Below, in pieces: positions 1 to 12,007 of a stretch of DNA of 64,000 nt (position 1 is the first letter of the stretch; each line of letters opens with the position of its first letter). The position numbers and the translations under genes are program-made. Origin of the DNA: Glaucostegus cemiculus. Lineage: Eukaryota. Location of the stretch: assembly GCA_976551045.1 (NCBI GenBank), contig CDPCPM010000213.1:6572001-6636000 (forward strand), in the 5' to 3' direction. The notes beneath the pieces were generated by a model. The model had not been told where the DNA came from, made no database searches, and was given only the letters and a program-made list of their open reading frames with translations.

Positions 1-224
1 TGTCTCAGCTTTAGAGATGAAAAAAAGTCCCAGACAACCACAAAAAGTCCCAAATACTTTAACAATTTCAACTAAGGGGTAGTAAGTATAAGTGAAAAGC
101 ATACACTTACACAGAATGCAAAAGAAAAAGGTAAGACTTAGAATTACAAAGGGCCTTTTATGCCCTTAGGGTCTTCAACACACTTCACATCCAATTTCCT
201 TCCAAACATAGTCACTTGTTATGT

Positions 225-520
225 AGGCAACACAGCAGCCAATTATAGCATAGCAAGGGCCTATCAACAGTGCTGAATAAATGACGTTAATCTGTTTTTG
301 TTGCTGTTGATTTGGGGATAAATACTGGTGAGATTCTGAGCAGAAAGTCTTCCTGTCTTTGAATAGATTCATGAGATATTTTATCTGCAACTCAGTGGCA
401 ACATAGGGCCTTGGTTTAATGCCTTGCCTGAATTGACATTTGGGGCAGGTTTCTCAGGACGTTTTACATGCTAAAGAACCTCTGAAGTGGGGATTAAGTT
501 GAAATTCCTGCTTAGTCCAC
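225..520 (-). mobile_element. Old Deu-domain SINE (SacSINE1/AmnSINE-like), decayed
   Basis: Resembles the reverse complement of the recalled Deu-SINE core: gcagccaatt..atctgtttttg..gataaata..ggccttggtttaatg..gaagtggga. Confidence 0.6.
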
Positions 521-2119
521 ACTTAACACATGACGGCATCTTCGTAAGGGAATTGAAACTTGTGTTAAGAACACAGATCAGAGAGTTATTAAAGGACTAA
601 ATTCCTTGCTGTTGCACATTAAGAAGCTAGGACTTGAAGTAACACCTTCTCCTGTCAACTAATGGGATTAAATTCTTCATCACAGAGGATTTAAAGATGT
701 ATCATCTGCTACCAATATCATGATTCTGAGTACTGGCCCTTGATTTGGTTCCTTAGATGCCTTGTTGTACAGCACATGGATTCCATGTTGGACTGATTGC
801 ATAATGACACACACCTGAGCCCCATCAGGGGCCTAGCATAAGTACATGGGTTTCTCTAGCACTAGTTGTCAGAGGATTGGTCAACCTTCAGGTATACGTT
901 GGCTCCTAGCTGCTTAGAGTGGTCTACTCCAGAGCAGTCCTGTGTTCTCTATTCCTGCTTGAAGATTCAGTTTGTGTTGGGATTACTACTCAGATCTCTG
1001 AGGCAAGATTTCCTTCCAGTTGCTGCCTGTATTTGGTCCTGAGGAAGTATCCTGACTCCAGTCTTGTACCAGTCTGCTGCATTTGGATTCTCTGTGATCT
1101 TTCTCTTCAATCAACATTGTGGCAACTGGTGGCTTTCCACTAAGAGTTTAGAGAAGGTTTCAGGGGCTTTCTGGGACACATTGTCAAGACTTTACAACAG
1201 TAATATTTATTATAGAACTTTGAGTCCTTAAACAAGGACACTATCTTATTGGACATCCTATAGGAGTGTTTTAGAGGAAATGGAACTCCAGGTCATTGAA
1301 ATGTTACTATTGTTCCCATTGTCTGTCAGATAATTGGGAGGAGGTGATCAGTTCAGATAAAGCAGAATGCTGCAATAGGGAGGGACAGGATATCTCCTGT
1401 CCTTCCATATTCCTTGACGCTCTGTGCAAGAACATCCCCTGGGCCTCCTCAAGAAGCCCTCCATAAGGCCATGAGAACATGACTGTGAGCCAGCTTGAAA
1501 AGTGCAGTTGTTACATGATGGTGAACAGAAAGAATAATAGGCTAAAGCCTTATGTCTGGGCCAGTGGGGGGGCAGTGAATCAGGCAGGGCTGTGCTCAGT
1601 GGTGGTGAAAAGGAGGAATCATTGGGTCAGCACCTTGTGTTAAGGATGGAGAGCTCAGGATCACAGATGATGATCAACCAAAAGTTATCGCAAGGGGGCC
1701 AAAATGATCTGCAAATGACCAAAGTAATGGCTGTCAGAATTGCAGCCTAAGTGGTTTGTGGCAAGGGTAGTGGTGCAGTGGGAGGGGTGTGGTGGTGTGT
1801 GAAGTTGAAGATCATGGCTTCATTTGAGGGCCTTGGTGGATCACAGGATTGTGAAGTTCAGCAGTGAGATAGAGTTTTGAGACCTTGCCCTCAGAATCAG
1901 CAGCTACATTGGGGTGGGTTTGATTCAGGGTAGGGGGTTCCAGAACCATTGACCACCAATGAACTAGCCTGACAAGGATCCATGACATTGACAAGACTAT
2001 ATGTCCCTGAAATGACTAATGATAGCTGCTCCCAAACCAACAGTCCAATTTTCCTTGTGCTTCAAAAGTGCTTTATTCCAGGCATCCTCTTCCATTTGTT
2101 GAAATTTTAGAGACTGTGC

Positions 2120-2530
2120 ATCACTGCCAGGCCAGCAGTTATTGTCCATCCCTAGTTGTTCTTAATGAGGTTGTGGGGAGCCTCTTTGTCCAACTTCAGC
2201 AGTCCTTCTGGTGAAGATGCACCAAAAATTTTTTTAGGGAAGGCATTTCCAGGACAGATCCAGTGATGACGGATGAACAACAATATATTTCTAAGTCTTG
2301 ATGGTGTGCAACCTTGATGGGGATTTGCAGATGGAGGGATTTCCTTGCACCTGAAACCCTTGTCTTCTTGGGGATAGAGGTCATATTTTGGAAGTGCTCC
2401 TGGAGTATTGGAGTGCTTTTTGTGGAAGGCGCACACTGCAGCCATAGTGCATTGGTGGCAATAAATGTAAAAAGTAGTGGATGAGGTACCAATCATTCCT
2501 GACATGAAAGTCATATCGAGGGCATAAGAT
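2120..2530 (-). mobile_element. CR1-clade LINE 3' end (ORF2 C-terminus remnant)
   Basis: The minus-strand ORFs give HQCTMAAVCAFHKKH..., HHQDLEIYCCSS... and APHNLIKNN, resembling a shark LINE ORF2 terminus. Related copies lie at 4170-4470 and 28735-29400. Confidence 0.65.
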
Positions 2531-3676
2531 TGACTAAGATTCACAAGTTCTCCACTAAATTTCTTGCATGATGCAAAACAACTAAGAAATAGTCATTCAT
2601 TCCAGAAAAAAAAAATAAATTTCAACAGCATCATGCTAAAAATAACAGCTTTAAGCAATCTAAATTTCTTGGCAAGTGCATTTAAGTTGTTTGAGCAGGG
2701 TATGAACCTAGAACCTACTTAGACATCAAAGTATTATCCCTGAGTAAATCTGACATTAATTACCAGTAGCAATCAGCATTAAATTAACAGTCTCACTTGT
2801 AAAGGTCCCAGTAATCATTAGTGTGACAAATATAAATGCCAGCCTGGTACAGAATAGGGAGCTCTCCCAAGATTAGGATTAAGATGTATTGCTTGGGGCA
2901 GTGTAGCAGACATTTCATTTCAGTGAAGGCATTTTGCTCCTGACCTTGAAATGTTGTTTGCTGAAGACAAAAAAAAAAATGAAAACATTCAGAATTTTTA
3001 GCATTATCATTGCTATTTTGAAAAAAAATCCAACAAAATGTACTGTTAAAATTATTGGACTTTTTTTTAAACATGTGTAGCCTTTGGGTGCTGTATTATA
3101 TTTCTGGGGCCAAACCCATGAACTTCAATTTCTTAATCATCTTCTAGCAGCTTGTAGGTGTCTTACAGTCACTTGGGTCCAAAGCACGAGATTGCTGAAA
3201 AGGATTTTTGTGTTCTCTGATGCTGGCACTGAAGTAATTTGGAAAGACTTGAGTGGCTAATAATTTTCAGGGATAAGTTTAAAGACTCCTCAGTAGTAAG
3301 GTTAAATTATAACTTCACCATGCTTCTTATAATGTGACATGTATAAGTAACCATAAATTAAATCAATAATATCTTTAAGGTGACTGTCTTGACATATTTG
3401 ACCACAATATCAATTATGCTATTTAGGACCCTTTTCATTTCTCTTCTTCCCTCAACTAACTACTGACTGTGACTTTGTCTTATTTTAAAATGAAATAAAG
3501 AATTGTGGGAAAAGTGAATACTTTGTACTAAATATTAATGTGTGACATTAAAGCTTGAAAGTCAACAAGTTTGTTAAATCTCTTTGACCAAGTTTTCAAG
3601 GCACCTCTGGAAAGTATCAGTTGAGCCTAGGAAATGGTGTTAGTAGTGCTGGAGTCCTCCAAAGGAAGCCTTGGGT

Positions 3677-3925
3677 TCATAGAGTCAAAATTACAGAAAC
3701 AGAGCCTTCCATTCACAAAATCTACACTATTCCATCACATCCATTTTCAGTACACTAATCCCATGTTATTCTCCCCACATTCCCATCAACTCCCCCAGAT
3801 TCTACAACTCACCTACACACTTAGGGCAATTTATAGTTACTAATTTATCTACTGATGCAAAGTCTTTGGGATTTGGGAGAAAACCGGAGCATTCGGGGAA
3901 ATCCACAAGAAAAAGCCTGGTGGTA
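3677..3925 (-). mobile_element. HE1/V-SINE-like SINE, partial
   Basis: Reverse complement of the element at 18634-18980 (ccccacattcccatcaactcccccagattctac; tttgggagaaaaccggagca). Confidence 0.7.
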
Positions 3926-4024
3926 ACCAACCTGCTTCATACAAACTTTGTAGAAATCTGTCCTTTCACTGTCTAATTTTGAGCTCTTTCGCCCCTTAAA
4001 ATGCCCAGGCACCTCTTCTGGTGG

Positions 4025-4165
4025 TATAAGACCATTAGATAGGAGCAGAATTAGGCCATTCGACACATCAAGTCTGCTCTGCTACTCAATCATGGCTGAT
4101 TTTTTTTCCAACCCTATACTCCTGCCTTCTCCCCGTAACCCTTAACACCCTTACCAATCAAGAAT
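4025..4165 (-). mobile_element. CR1 LINE 3' terminus
   Basis: ataggagcagaattaggccattcg..aatcatggctgat..ccttctccccgtaacccttaacacc is a typical elasmobranch CR1 tail in reverse. Confidence 0.7.
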
Positions 4166-4169
4166 ACTG

Positions 4170-4470
4170 TAATGTACACCATCTCTAAGATGCTCATACC
4201 AACTCACCATCAACAGTTCCCAAACCAATGGCCTCTACCTCCTAGAAAATCAACGCACACATGGGAATATGCCTTCAAGTCACATATCATCCAGATTTGG
4301 ATCTTTTATCACTGTTCCATTATTGTTGGTGAGTCTAAATCCTGGAACCCACTACTTAACAGCATTAAGAGAGAACCTTTAGCACAAAGGCTGCATCAGT
4401 TCAAGTGGTCACCTCACCACTATTTTCTCAAGAACAATAAGGGAGAGGCATTAGATGCTGGCTTTGCCCT
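4170..4470 (+). mobile_element. CR1-clade LINE 3' fragment; an oppositely oriented tail lies at about 4610-4680
   Basis: ORF 4172 contains QQFPNQWPLPPRK..SKSWNPLLNS..LHQFKWSPHHYFLKNN, the same family as 2120-2530. Confidence 0.65.
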
Positions 4471-6540
4471 CATTTCATTTATAAAGCCACTGAAATGTTG
4501 CTTTGAAGCTTCAGAAGGATCCATTAGGCAGCAGGAACCTCCCAAGGATCCACCTGGTGAGGGTGCTAAACCTAGTTTGTTGGGTCAGGATTTTTTAAAT
4601 TATTCACTGATAGGATGGGTGTTACTGGCAGGCCAGAATTTATTACTGTTTCCTAATTGTCTCTTAAGAAGGTGACAGTAAGAAAAAGGACCAGATTGTG
4701 AGGTTAAAATGGCAGTAAAACTGTCAGCACTTCCTGTCATTGCACTGTGAAAATGATAGCAACTTTGGGAATTCAGCGTGTGATTTATATTGATTCAGAA
4801 ATCTTAAAGTTGCTCTCTGTGATTCATTGCTTGCCCATAGGTTGTGATGTTTTGTAGCCTTCTCCAGCATCAACAAGGAGAGTCAGTGAAATGACAAAAA
4901 CTTTGGGTTTTTGCAAACTATTTTCAATAAGATCTATGGAAATTTTTCATTTTGCTGCATGAGATCTATATCATCCATAACTTCCTACAGAAACCAGGAG
5001 TGGACTTAAAAATGGCCAAGGAAGTGCTGAAACATATCCCTGGTCTCTTTCCCTCTGTTCAATCCAATCAAAAATTGGACAACTGGAACTCAGCACTTGC
5101 AGCAAAACACTGCAGGTGCTAGAAAACCAAGAGAGAGAAAATTCTGGAAACATTCATCAGGAGAACTAGCACCAGCACCTCTGCCCACTGACACAGCCTG
5201 ACTTGCTGGGTGCCTCCAGCATTTTGTTGATACTTTTTCTTTGTTGCATGTCAAAATAGAGACACTTTATGTGATAATAGCACTTTATAGTCAAACGTTC
5301 TTGAATAGATTCAGTCTAATCTTGCTAGCCTTGACAGTTTTAGGGTTTTGGATTTGGGGTAGGTGGTCGATGGAGCCAATTAGAATGTCAACCTCTGCAC
5401 CAGAAACAAGCCCAGATAATTTTTAACTGTTGGGTGTTGTTATTATTGACCAGAACAATGGAGAAGTGGTTTAATGAAAGATGGGTGGTGGCGTAGCTTG
5501 GAGTGTTTCCCACTACAGAATTGAAAGAGTCCAAGAAAGTGGAAAACCTCTTACTTTCACTGGCTTCCTTTGGTCCCAAACTCATTTATCTATACCCAGT
5601 CCTTGCTAAAATTGAGCCCAGTGGTGCAACCAAATCCTTATCTGTGTATGGCAAAGAGGAACTTGCCAATTCTGAGTAAGCTACTTGGCTGGGCTGGAAG
5701 CCTATGAAGGCATGACCTAGTGTGATCCCCAGCAAGTTAGTAACTGGCAGTATTTTAAATGTACATCTGAAATAGGGTTAACATTGCTCTCAATACTTAC
5801 CTCTTGATGCAAACATTCAGTAGATATATTTTTGGTTCATCTGTATTTCAAAACCTGTCTTTAAATCCAGCAAATAAAGCTGATCATCCTATACATTGCC
5901 AGCTATCATAGAGTTGTTACTCTACTTCTTCAAATCTCACCTCCATAATCAGTCTGCCTTGAAACCCACTTTGTACATCCTTATTGAGAAATTGCTCACC
6001 TCCTTCAGGCAACATTTCGTCAGCCTCCCCTTGTAAATTCACACTCAAATATTTACAAATATAACACTTTCAAATTGGCGGTGTAAAGAGCAATGAGTTA
6101 TGATATACTCAGAGTATTTTATTTCCCATGACATGTAGTGAAATTAATATCAATGACATTCTTAGCTAGACCCAGGGAGCACCTCTAACCAATTCAAACC
6201 ATTTGATTGCAATAAAAAATACTTTGTCTCTGCAGTTAATTCATATGAAAAGGTTACATGGCCATCAACAAACATCTTATCCATTAGACAGTTCACTGAA
6301 CCAAATTCTATGATGTTAACAGCTGAAAAAAGGTGAAAAAGGTGAGAAATTGTAGATGATTTCTGGAACAGTGCCGAAAAATTCTTCCCCAATTTTCAAT
6401 GGACCCAAGGTTATCCATGATGCAGGAGTAAGTAAAACAAATTATTCCTCCACTTCCTGAAATATTCCAATGTTCTATTTATTCAGAAATGTGTTATATC
6501 TTAAAGGACTGATCCCACACTTAATGAAATCGAATAAGTT

Positions 6541-6585
6541 CTCCATATATATCAAGAACAGGCTCCATATATATTAGCACAGGCT
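6541..6585. repeat. Short tandem duplication (about 21-22 bp x2)
   Basis: ctccatatatatcaagaacagg followed by ctccatatatattagcacagg. Confidence 0.8.
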
Positions 6586-7439
6586 AATATAATTTCCAAG
6601 GTACAATTCAATTCAGAAACCATAACAATAATGCTTTTGCAACCTGACCATGTGTGACCACTCTGTAATGCACCTCAGCTGGTGTGTTATCTCACACACT
6701 ACCACAACTTTTTTTTAACAAGTTAATTTTTTTATTCAGATTCACTTTTTAAAAATGTCATAACCATAGTTCTCACTAAAAAGTAGGCACTGAACCACTT
6801 GTTAAGAGAGATTATGTGCCTCCATTTTAACAATGTTTCCATTTTTAATTGCCGTAGAATTAAGTTCACTGGCCCAGGAAACTATGCAAGTAAATGGAGG
6901 CAAGGAAAGCTGAATTCATAATGCAAATGTCTTGACTTTAGCAGTTCATAGAGCCTTAGAGTCAAACAACACAGAAATAGGCCCTTTGGCCCACTATGTC
7001 CACGCCAACATTCAATGCAAAAAATATTGAAGGAGGAAAGAAGAGTATGGCTGGAGACATTAATGAGCAGTTTGTATCTGAACAGAGAAGCCAAGGACAA
7101 TCTGAAATTGGGCCTTTGTTTTCAGCTACATATTGAGAACAAACTGGTAGCTCACCTCACAAGAAACATGAATTTCAAACTTCTGGATTGGCTCTCAGTG
7201 AGACAGTGTCATCCATAATGGACTAATTTCACAAGGTCGCTCTCAGATGGGTGTTGAACCCTACAAATTTGGTGGTAGGACCAATATCTGATCCCTGCTG
7301 AACTGTAATGATTTTCAACTATTTGGGGCAGTTGAACGGATACAGGCAAAACATCAGTTCCTACCCCTGTGTGTCTCATGATGAAATGTTGTAGGGTTGA
7401 TTTATCATTGGTCTGTTGTAAAATTATATAAATTTCCAA

Positions 7440-8747
7440 TAAACAGCCATTGACCCCAATGTGGCTAATACTTGGCAATATGTCAGATTAGGCCTCAATC
7501 TATTAAAAATTCAGAGCAGTCGATGCACATCCACTTTCATACAACACAAGGGTCTTCAATCTAAACAAAACAACCTACCATGAGTTGGCAATGGTAGATT
7601 GGGAGACTGCATTAAAAGATATGACTGTAAGTGAGCAATGGCAAACATTTAAAGAACTAATACATTGTTTAAGAAAATACATATCCCTTTAATGCACAGA
7701 AACAAAACAGGAAAAGGTGTGTTCTTGTGGCAAACAAGAGAAGTTAGATTGCAAGAGATCAAAGGAAAAGGCTTATAAGGTTGCCAAAAGAGTTGAAGAA
7801 TTGGGATATGAAACTAATCTGGTAAGAACTGTGAAAGCTTCTATTGTCACTGTGGGTTCTTTACAGACTTAGACTGGAGAAATTATATTAGGGAATGAGG
7901 AAATGGCAGCGAAATAAAACAATTATTTTGCACCTATTTTCACTTAAGATGACTCAGTAAACCTTTCTGATTTAGTGAAGAACAATGGGTATAGAGCAAA
8001 TGAGGAACTGAAAGAATTATACCTCCTCATGACTGATTACTGGCATTCCAAGGTTCTGAAGGTGGCAAAGATATTAGAAACTCTGTTTGTCACCCTCCAA
8101 AATTCTGTACATTTTAGAACAATTCACAAAAATTGGAAGGTAGCAAATACCCCACTATTTAAGAAAGTAGAGAGAGAGAAAAAAACTGAAACCACAGCCC
8201 AGTTAGCCTGGCATCAGAATTAGGGAAAATGATAGAGTTTGGTAATAGGGCACTTAAAAAATAAAAGTAGGACTTAGCAGAATCAACATGGATCTATGAA
8301 AGAAAAATCATGGTTGATAAATCTTACAGGACTGGACAGGGTAGGTGTGGGGATGATGGTTCAAGATGAACAGGTAAAGCCAACATGATATTGTGAATGG
8401 TAAATCTTGCTTTATCTTTCTATATATCAATAGAAGCTGGGGTACTGAGAACCAGGGGTCATAGTCTCAAAATAAAGAATTGGCCTTTCCATTCTTTTAG
8501 GTTGTAAATACCAGAATAGATAAAGAAGAGTGATTCCTGGGGCAGCAGGTTTATCTTACGAGGAAGGATTACTCAGACTGATTGTATCCTCTCTGGCATT
8601 TGAAAGAAGAAGGAGAATCATCCTGGTGACTTCATTCAAACAAGCTAAATTCTTACAAGCCTGCTCTGAGTAAATGCAAGGCCAATGTTTCCTTGGCTGG
8701 GGTGTGTGGAGCTAGAAAGGAGGAGACCATTCAGGACTGAGATGAGA
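7440..8747 (+). mobile_element. Decayed CR1 LINE ORF2 fragments
   Basis: The RT-upstream motif WKVANTPLFKK in ORF 7975 and gcagaatcaacatgga (QHG) are present, with many stops and frameshifts. Confidence 0.75.
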
Positions 8748-8748
8748 C

Positions 8749-10160
8749 TGTAAGAACATAAAGAGTATTAAGAGTAGGAAATTAAGAGTAGGAACAGTCT
8801 ACTTGGCCCCTTGACCCTGCCCTGCCGATCAATAAGATCATGGTTGGCCTGATTGAGACCTCAACTCTGCATTCCCATCTACCCACAGAAATCTTTCACC
8901 TCCTTTTCTATTAAGAATCTACTTGCCTCCGTCTCAAAATATTTGAAGGCTCTGCTTCCACCAGCTTTTGAAGAAAAAGAATCACCTTATCTCTGCCTTA
9001 AATTGCAATATTTTATTTTAAAACAGTGACCCCTGGTTCTAGAGTCACCCAAAAGAGGAAACATCGTCTCTACATAAACCCTTTTAAAACCCCTCAAGAC
9101 ATTACACAGTTCAATCAAGCATCTCTCACTCTTCTAGACTCCAGTGGATACAAGCCTTGCTTGTCCTACTTTCCTTATAAGACAATTTACCATTCAAGCA
9201 TCAATCCTGTAAACTGAACTGCTTCCAACACATTTACATCTTTCCTTAGAAATTACATAAGTACTTTACAAAGTACACCAGATGTGGTCTCAACAGTGCC
9301 TTAGATAGGTGAAGTATTCGATCCCCCTCCAGATAAATGGTAAGATCCTGTTAACTTCCCTAATTACTTTCCGTACCTACACACCAGTCTTTTCTGAATG
9401 GTGTATGAGGACAGCCTCTACATCTCAGGGCTCCATTCACCATTAAAAGAATAAATTTCTTTCCTTTTCCTGCCAAAATTGTCAATTCATATTTTCCTAT
9501 ATTGTATTCCATTGGCCGTATCTTTGCCCACTCACTTAACCTGTCACTGAGCCATTGTCACCTCCTTATAACCTCTTCACAACAAACTTTCCTATTTATC
9601 TCTGTGTCAGCAGAAAATATAGCAATTGTACCTTTGGTGCTTTTATCCAAGTCATTTGCTTCGACTGTAAAATGTTGAGGGCCCACACCAGTCCCTGTGG
9701 CACACCATCCATTACTTTCTGCTTACCAGAAAAATACCCATTTACTCTGTTTTCTGATATCCAGTCATTCATCTATCCATACCGATATGTTACCTTCCAC
9801 ACCTTGAGCTTTTATTTTCAACAATAACCTTTAATTCCTCAAATATCTTCTGGAAATCCAAATTCACTGCATTCATGGGTTCCTGTTTACCACAGCACAT
9901 GTTACCTCTTCAAAGAACTCCAATAAATTGGTAAAACAAGACTTACCGGTCACATAACATGTTGGCTTTTTCTATTTACCTTGAATTTTTCTGAGTGCAC
10001 CACTGTAACATCCTTAAAAATAGCTAATGTTTTCCAAATAACATATGTTAAACTACCTGACCTGAAGTTTCCTTCTTTCTGTCTTCCTTTTTGAATCAAG
10101 AAGTTATATTCACTATTTTTCAGTCTACTGGAACTTCCCCTGATTTAGGGAATTTTGAAA
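8749..10160 (-). mobile_element. Decayed CR1 LINE, antisense, nested in the + strand CR1
   Basis: Begins with a reverse CR1 tail (taagaacata..agtagga..tggccccttga..aataagatcatgg). RT region in reverse includes cagtccctgtggcacacca (GVPQG). Confidence 0.75.
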
Positions 10161-10387
10161 AGAAATTTCTTCACTTAAGATGGTAGTGAATCTTTGGAAT
10201 TCTCTACCCAAGAGAGCTGTAGTGGCTCAATCACTAAGTACGTTCAAGAAAGTGGTTTTTGGACGAGGGGACTTGAGGGATTTGGGATTCTTGTAGGAGA
10301 GCACTGCTGAGGTAAAATATTGGAATTTTCTAAATGGTAGAGTAACAAATCACCTCCTCCTGCTCCTATTTCTTATGTTTTTATGCT
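10161..10387 (+). mobile_element. CR1 3' end (continuation of the 7440-8747 element)
   Basis: agaaatttcttcact..gtgaatctttggaattctctaccc..ctcctgctcctatttcttatg. Confidence 0.75.
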
Positions 10388-10450
10388 CTTGAGTGCTTGC
10401 ACAAATTATACCAAATCTAGCTTCTTAAATATAATCTGAACTCCTAAAGA

Positions 10451-11257
10451 TCAGAATCAGAATCAGTTTTATTGTCACAACCATATACATACATAGTATG
10501 CATAGGAGCGAGATACCGTCCTCCTCAGGTGCTCGTCCCATAAAATAACATAACAACCAACAGAGACACACATACACACTTGGCAGAATAAACATTACAA
10601 CATTAGACATTAAAAACTACGGAAGTTAAAATTAAATTATTACGCAGATTAAATTAAAAATGGCTGGTGAATAAATAAATAGTTATTAAAGTGAACGGGC
10701 TGGTGTCGGGCATTTAAAGTGCTGGTGCATTTCTGAGCACCTAGCATCTCTTAGTGTTAACAAAGGAAGATGGAGGGATGAGAGAGTTTGCAGTTCTGAT
10801 GGCTTGCGGAAAGAAGCTATTGTTCAGCCTGGTCGTTCTTGCCCTGATACACTTAAGCCTCCTCCCTGATGGCAAAATTGTGAAGAGGTGGTGGGAGGGG
10901 TGAGAAGGGTCGGCCATTATGCTTTTGGTCTTCCTCACACAACGATCTTTGTATATGTCTGCGAGGGAAGGAAGCGAGACACCTATGATCCACTCCGCAG
11001 CCCTAACTATCTTCTGGAGGGACTTCCGCCCAGCAGCTGAGCAGCTTCCAAACCAAACAGTGATACATTGAGTTAGGATGCTCTCAATGGTCCCCCTATA
11101 GAAGGTTTTCATGACGGAGGGATGGGGGTACGCTTTCCTCAGTCTCCGCAGGAAGTAGAGGCGTTTCTGAGCTTTCTTCGTGAGGGCCGTAATGTTAGTG
11201 GACCAGGTCAGGTCGTCGGTGACGTGCACCCCCAGGAACTTGGTGCTACGTACTTGT
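10451..11257 (-). mobile_element. 5'-truncated Rex1/Babar-type LINE (RT C-terminal, DUF1891-like region plus 3' UTR)
   Basis: Uninterrupted frame KFLGVHVTDDLTWS..KKAQKRLYFLRRL..FYRGTIESILT..LPSGRR..RTTRLNNSFFPQAIR (10741-11257). Ends in AATAAA plus a (GATTCT)n tail. Candidate TSD TAAAGAT at 10445-10451 and 11258-11264. Confidence 0.9.
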
Positions 11258-11591
11258 TAAAGATAAGGTGCTCGTTAAAATTCTAGATCAGCTCCTGCTT
11301 CATGGTGGTGATGCTTGGGGGGGTGGAGGGCAGAGTCAAATGGGTAACTTATTGCAACTCTAGGGCATGTTCCAGATAGCCCAGCCTTGCGGTATGGGCG
11401 TCCTACATTAATTAATTCACTACAACTGGACTCTCATGTTTCACTGCAGCCTGCTCTAGTCGAAATAATACCAAGGATAACAATGTGTGGGTTTTTGTGC
11501 AAGTGAGATTGCTATTTTTGTGCATCTATTTGCAATGATCTTTCAACTAGAAGGGACCAAAATGAGGGAAGGAGATCTCACCCTACTTGTA

Positions 11592-12007
11592 CATGTCCTC
11601 CCCAGGTTACGAACGTCCGACTATTGAAATCTGGAATATGTGAACCAGCGCTTGGGACACTGGCAGGATGGATTTGCTACAGGGCTGCTGATATCTTCTC
11701 CCAGGTGGGAATGGGGCATTTTCAGGTACCTTCTCTGCCCACCATCATCCCCCAATGACATAACAATTTGGGGGCTGGGTTGAGCCAAAGAGAGCTGGGA
11801 GCTTTGAGCAAACTGACTTGCTGAGTCTTTGAGTCAGTCAGTGAGGGTGGCTGGCGGCTGCTCTACCCACACCTGCTCACTCTCCCATCACAGTCGTTTC
11901 TGTGATCCTCTCCCACACAGTGTTTTGGTTCATTTCTGACTTACAAACAGATCCGATTATGAGCAGTTCTCAGGTAGGCAACACTGCCGTGACCTGGGAA
12001 CTGCCTG
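11592..12007. mobile_element. Non-autonomous Tigger/pogo-like DNA transposon remnant
   Basis: Imperfect terminal inverted repeats catgtcctccccaggttacg / cgtgacctgggaactgcctg, an internal gacttacaaac-type repeat, and a TA at the left flank. Confidence 0.55.

Noticed and set aside
4991-5115. Exon-like segment (ctacag|AAACCAGGA...CTGCAG|gtgcta), and a similar one at 6236-6332
   Set aside because: The translations resemble no protein I recognise, and the 3' end of the first runs into a Penelope-type repeat.
10741-11229. 162-aa ORF as a host gene
   Set aside because: It is the C-terminal part of a truncated Rex1/Babar ORF and has no real start codon.
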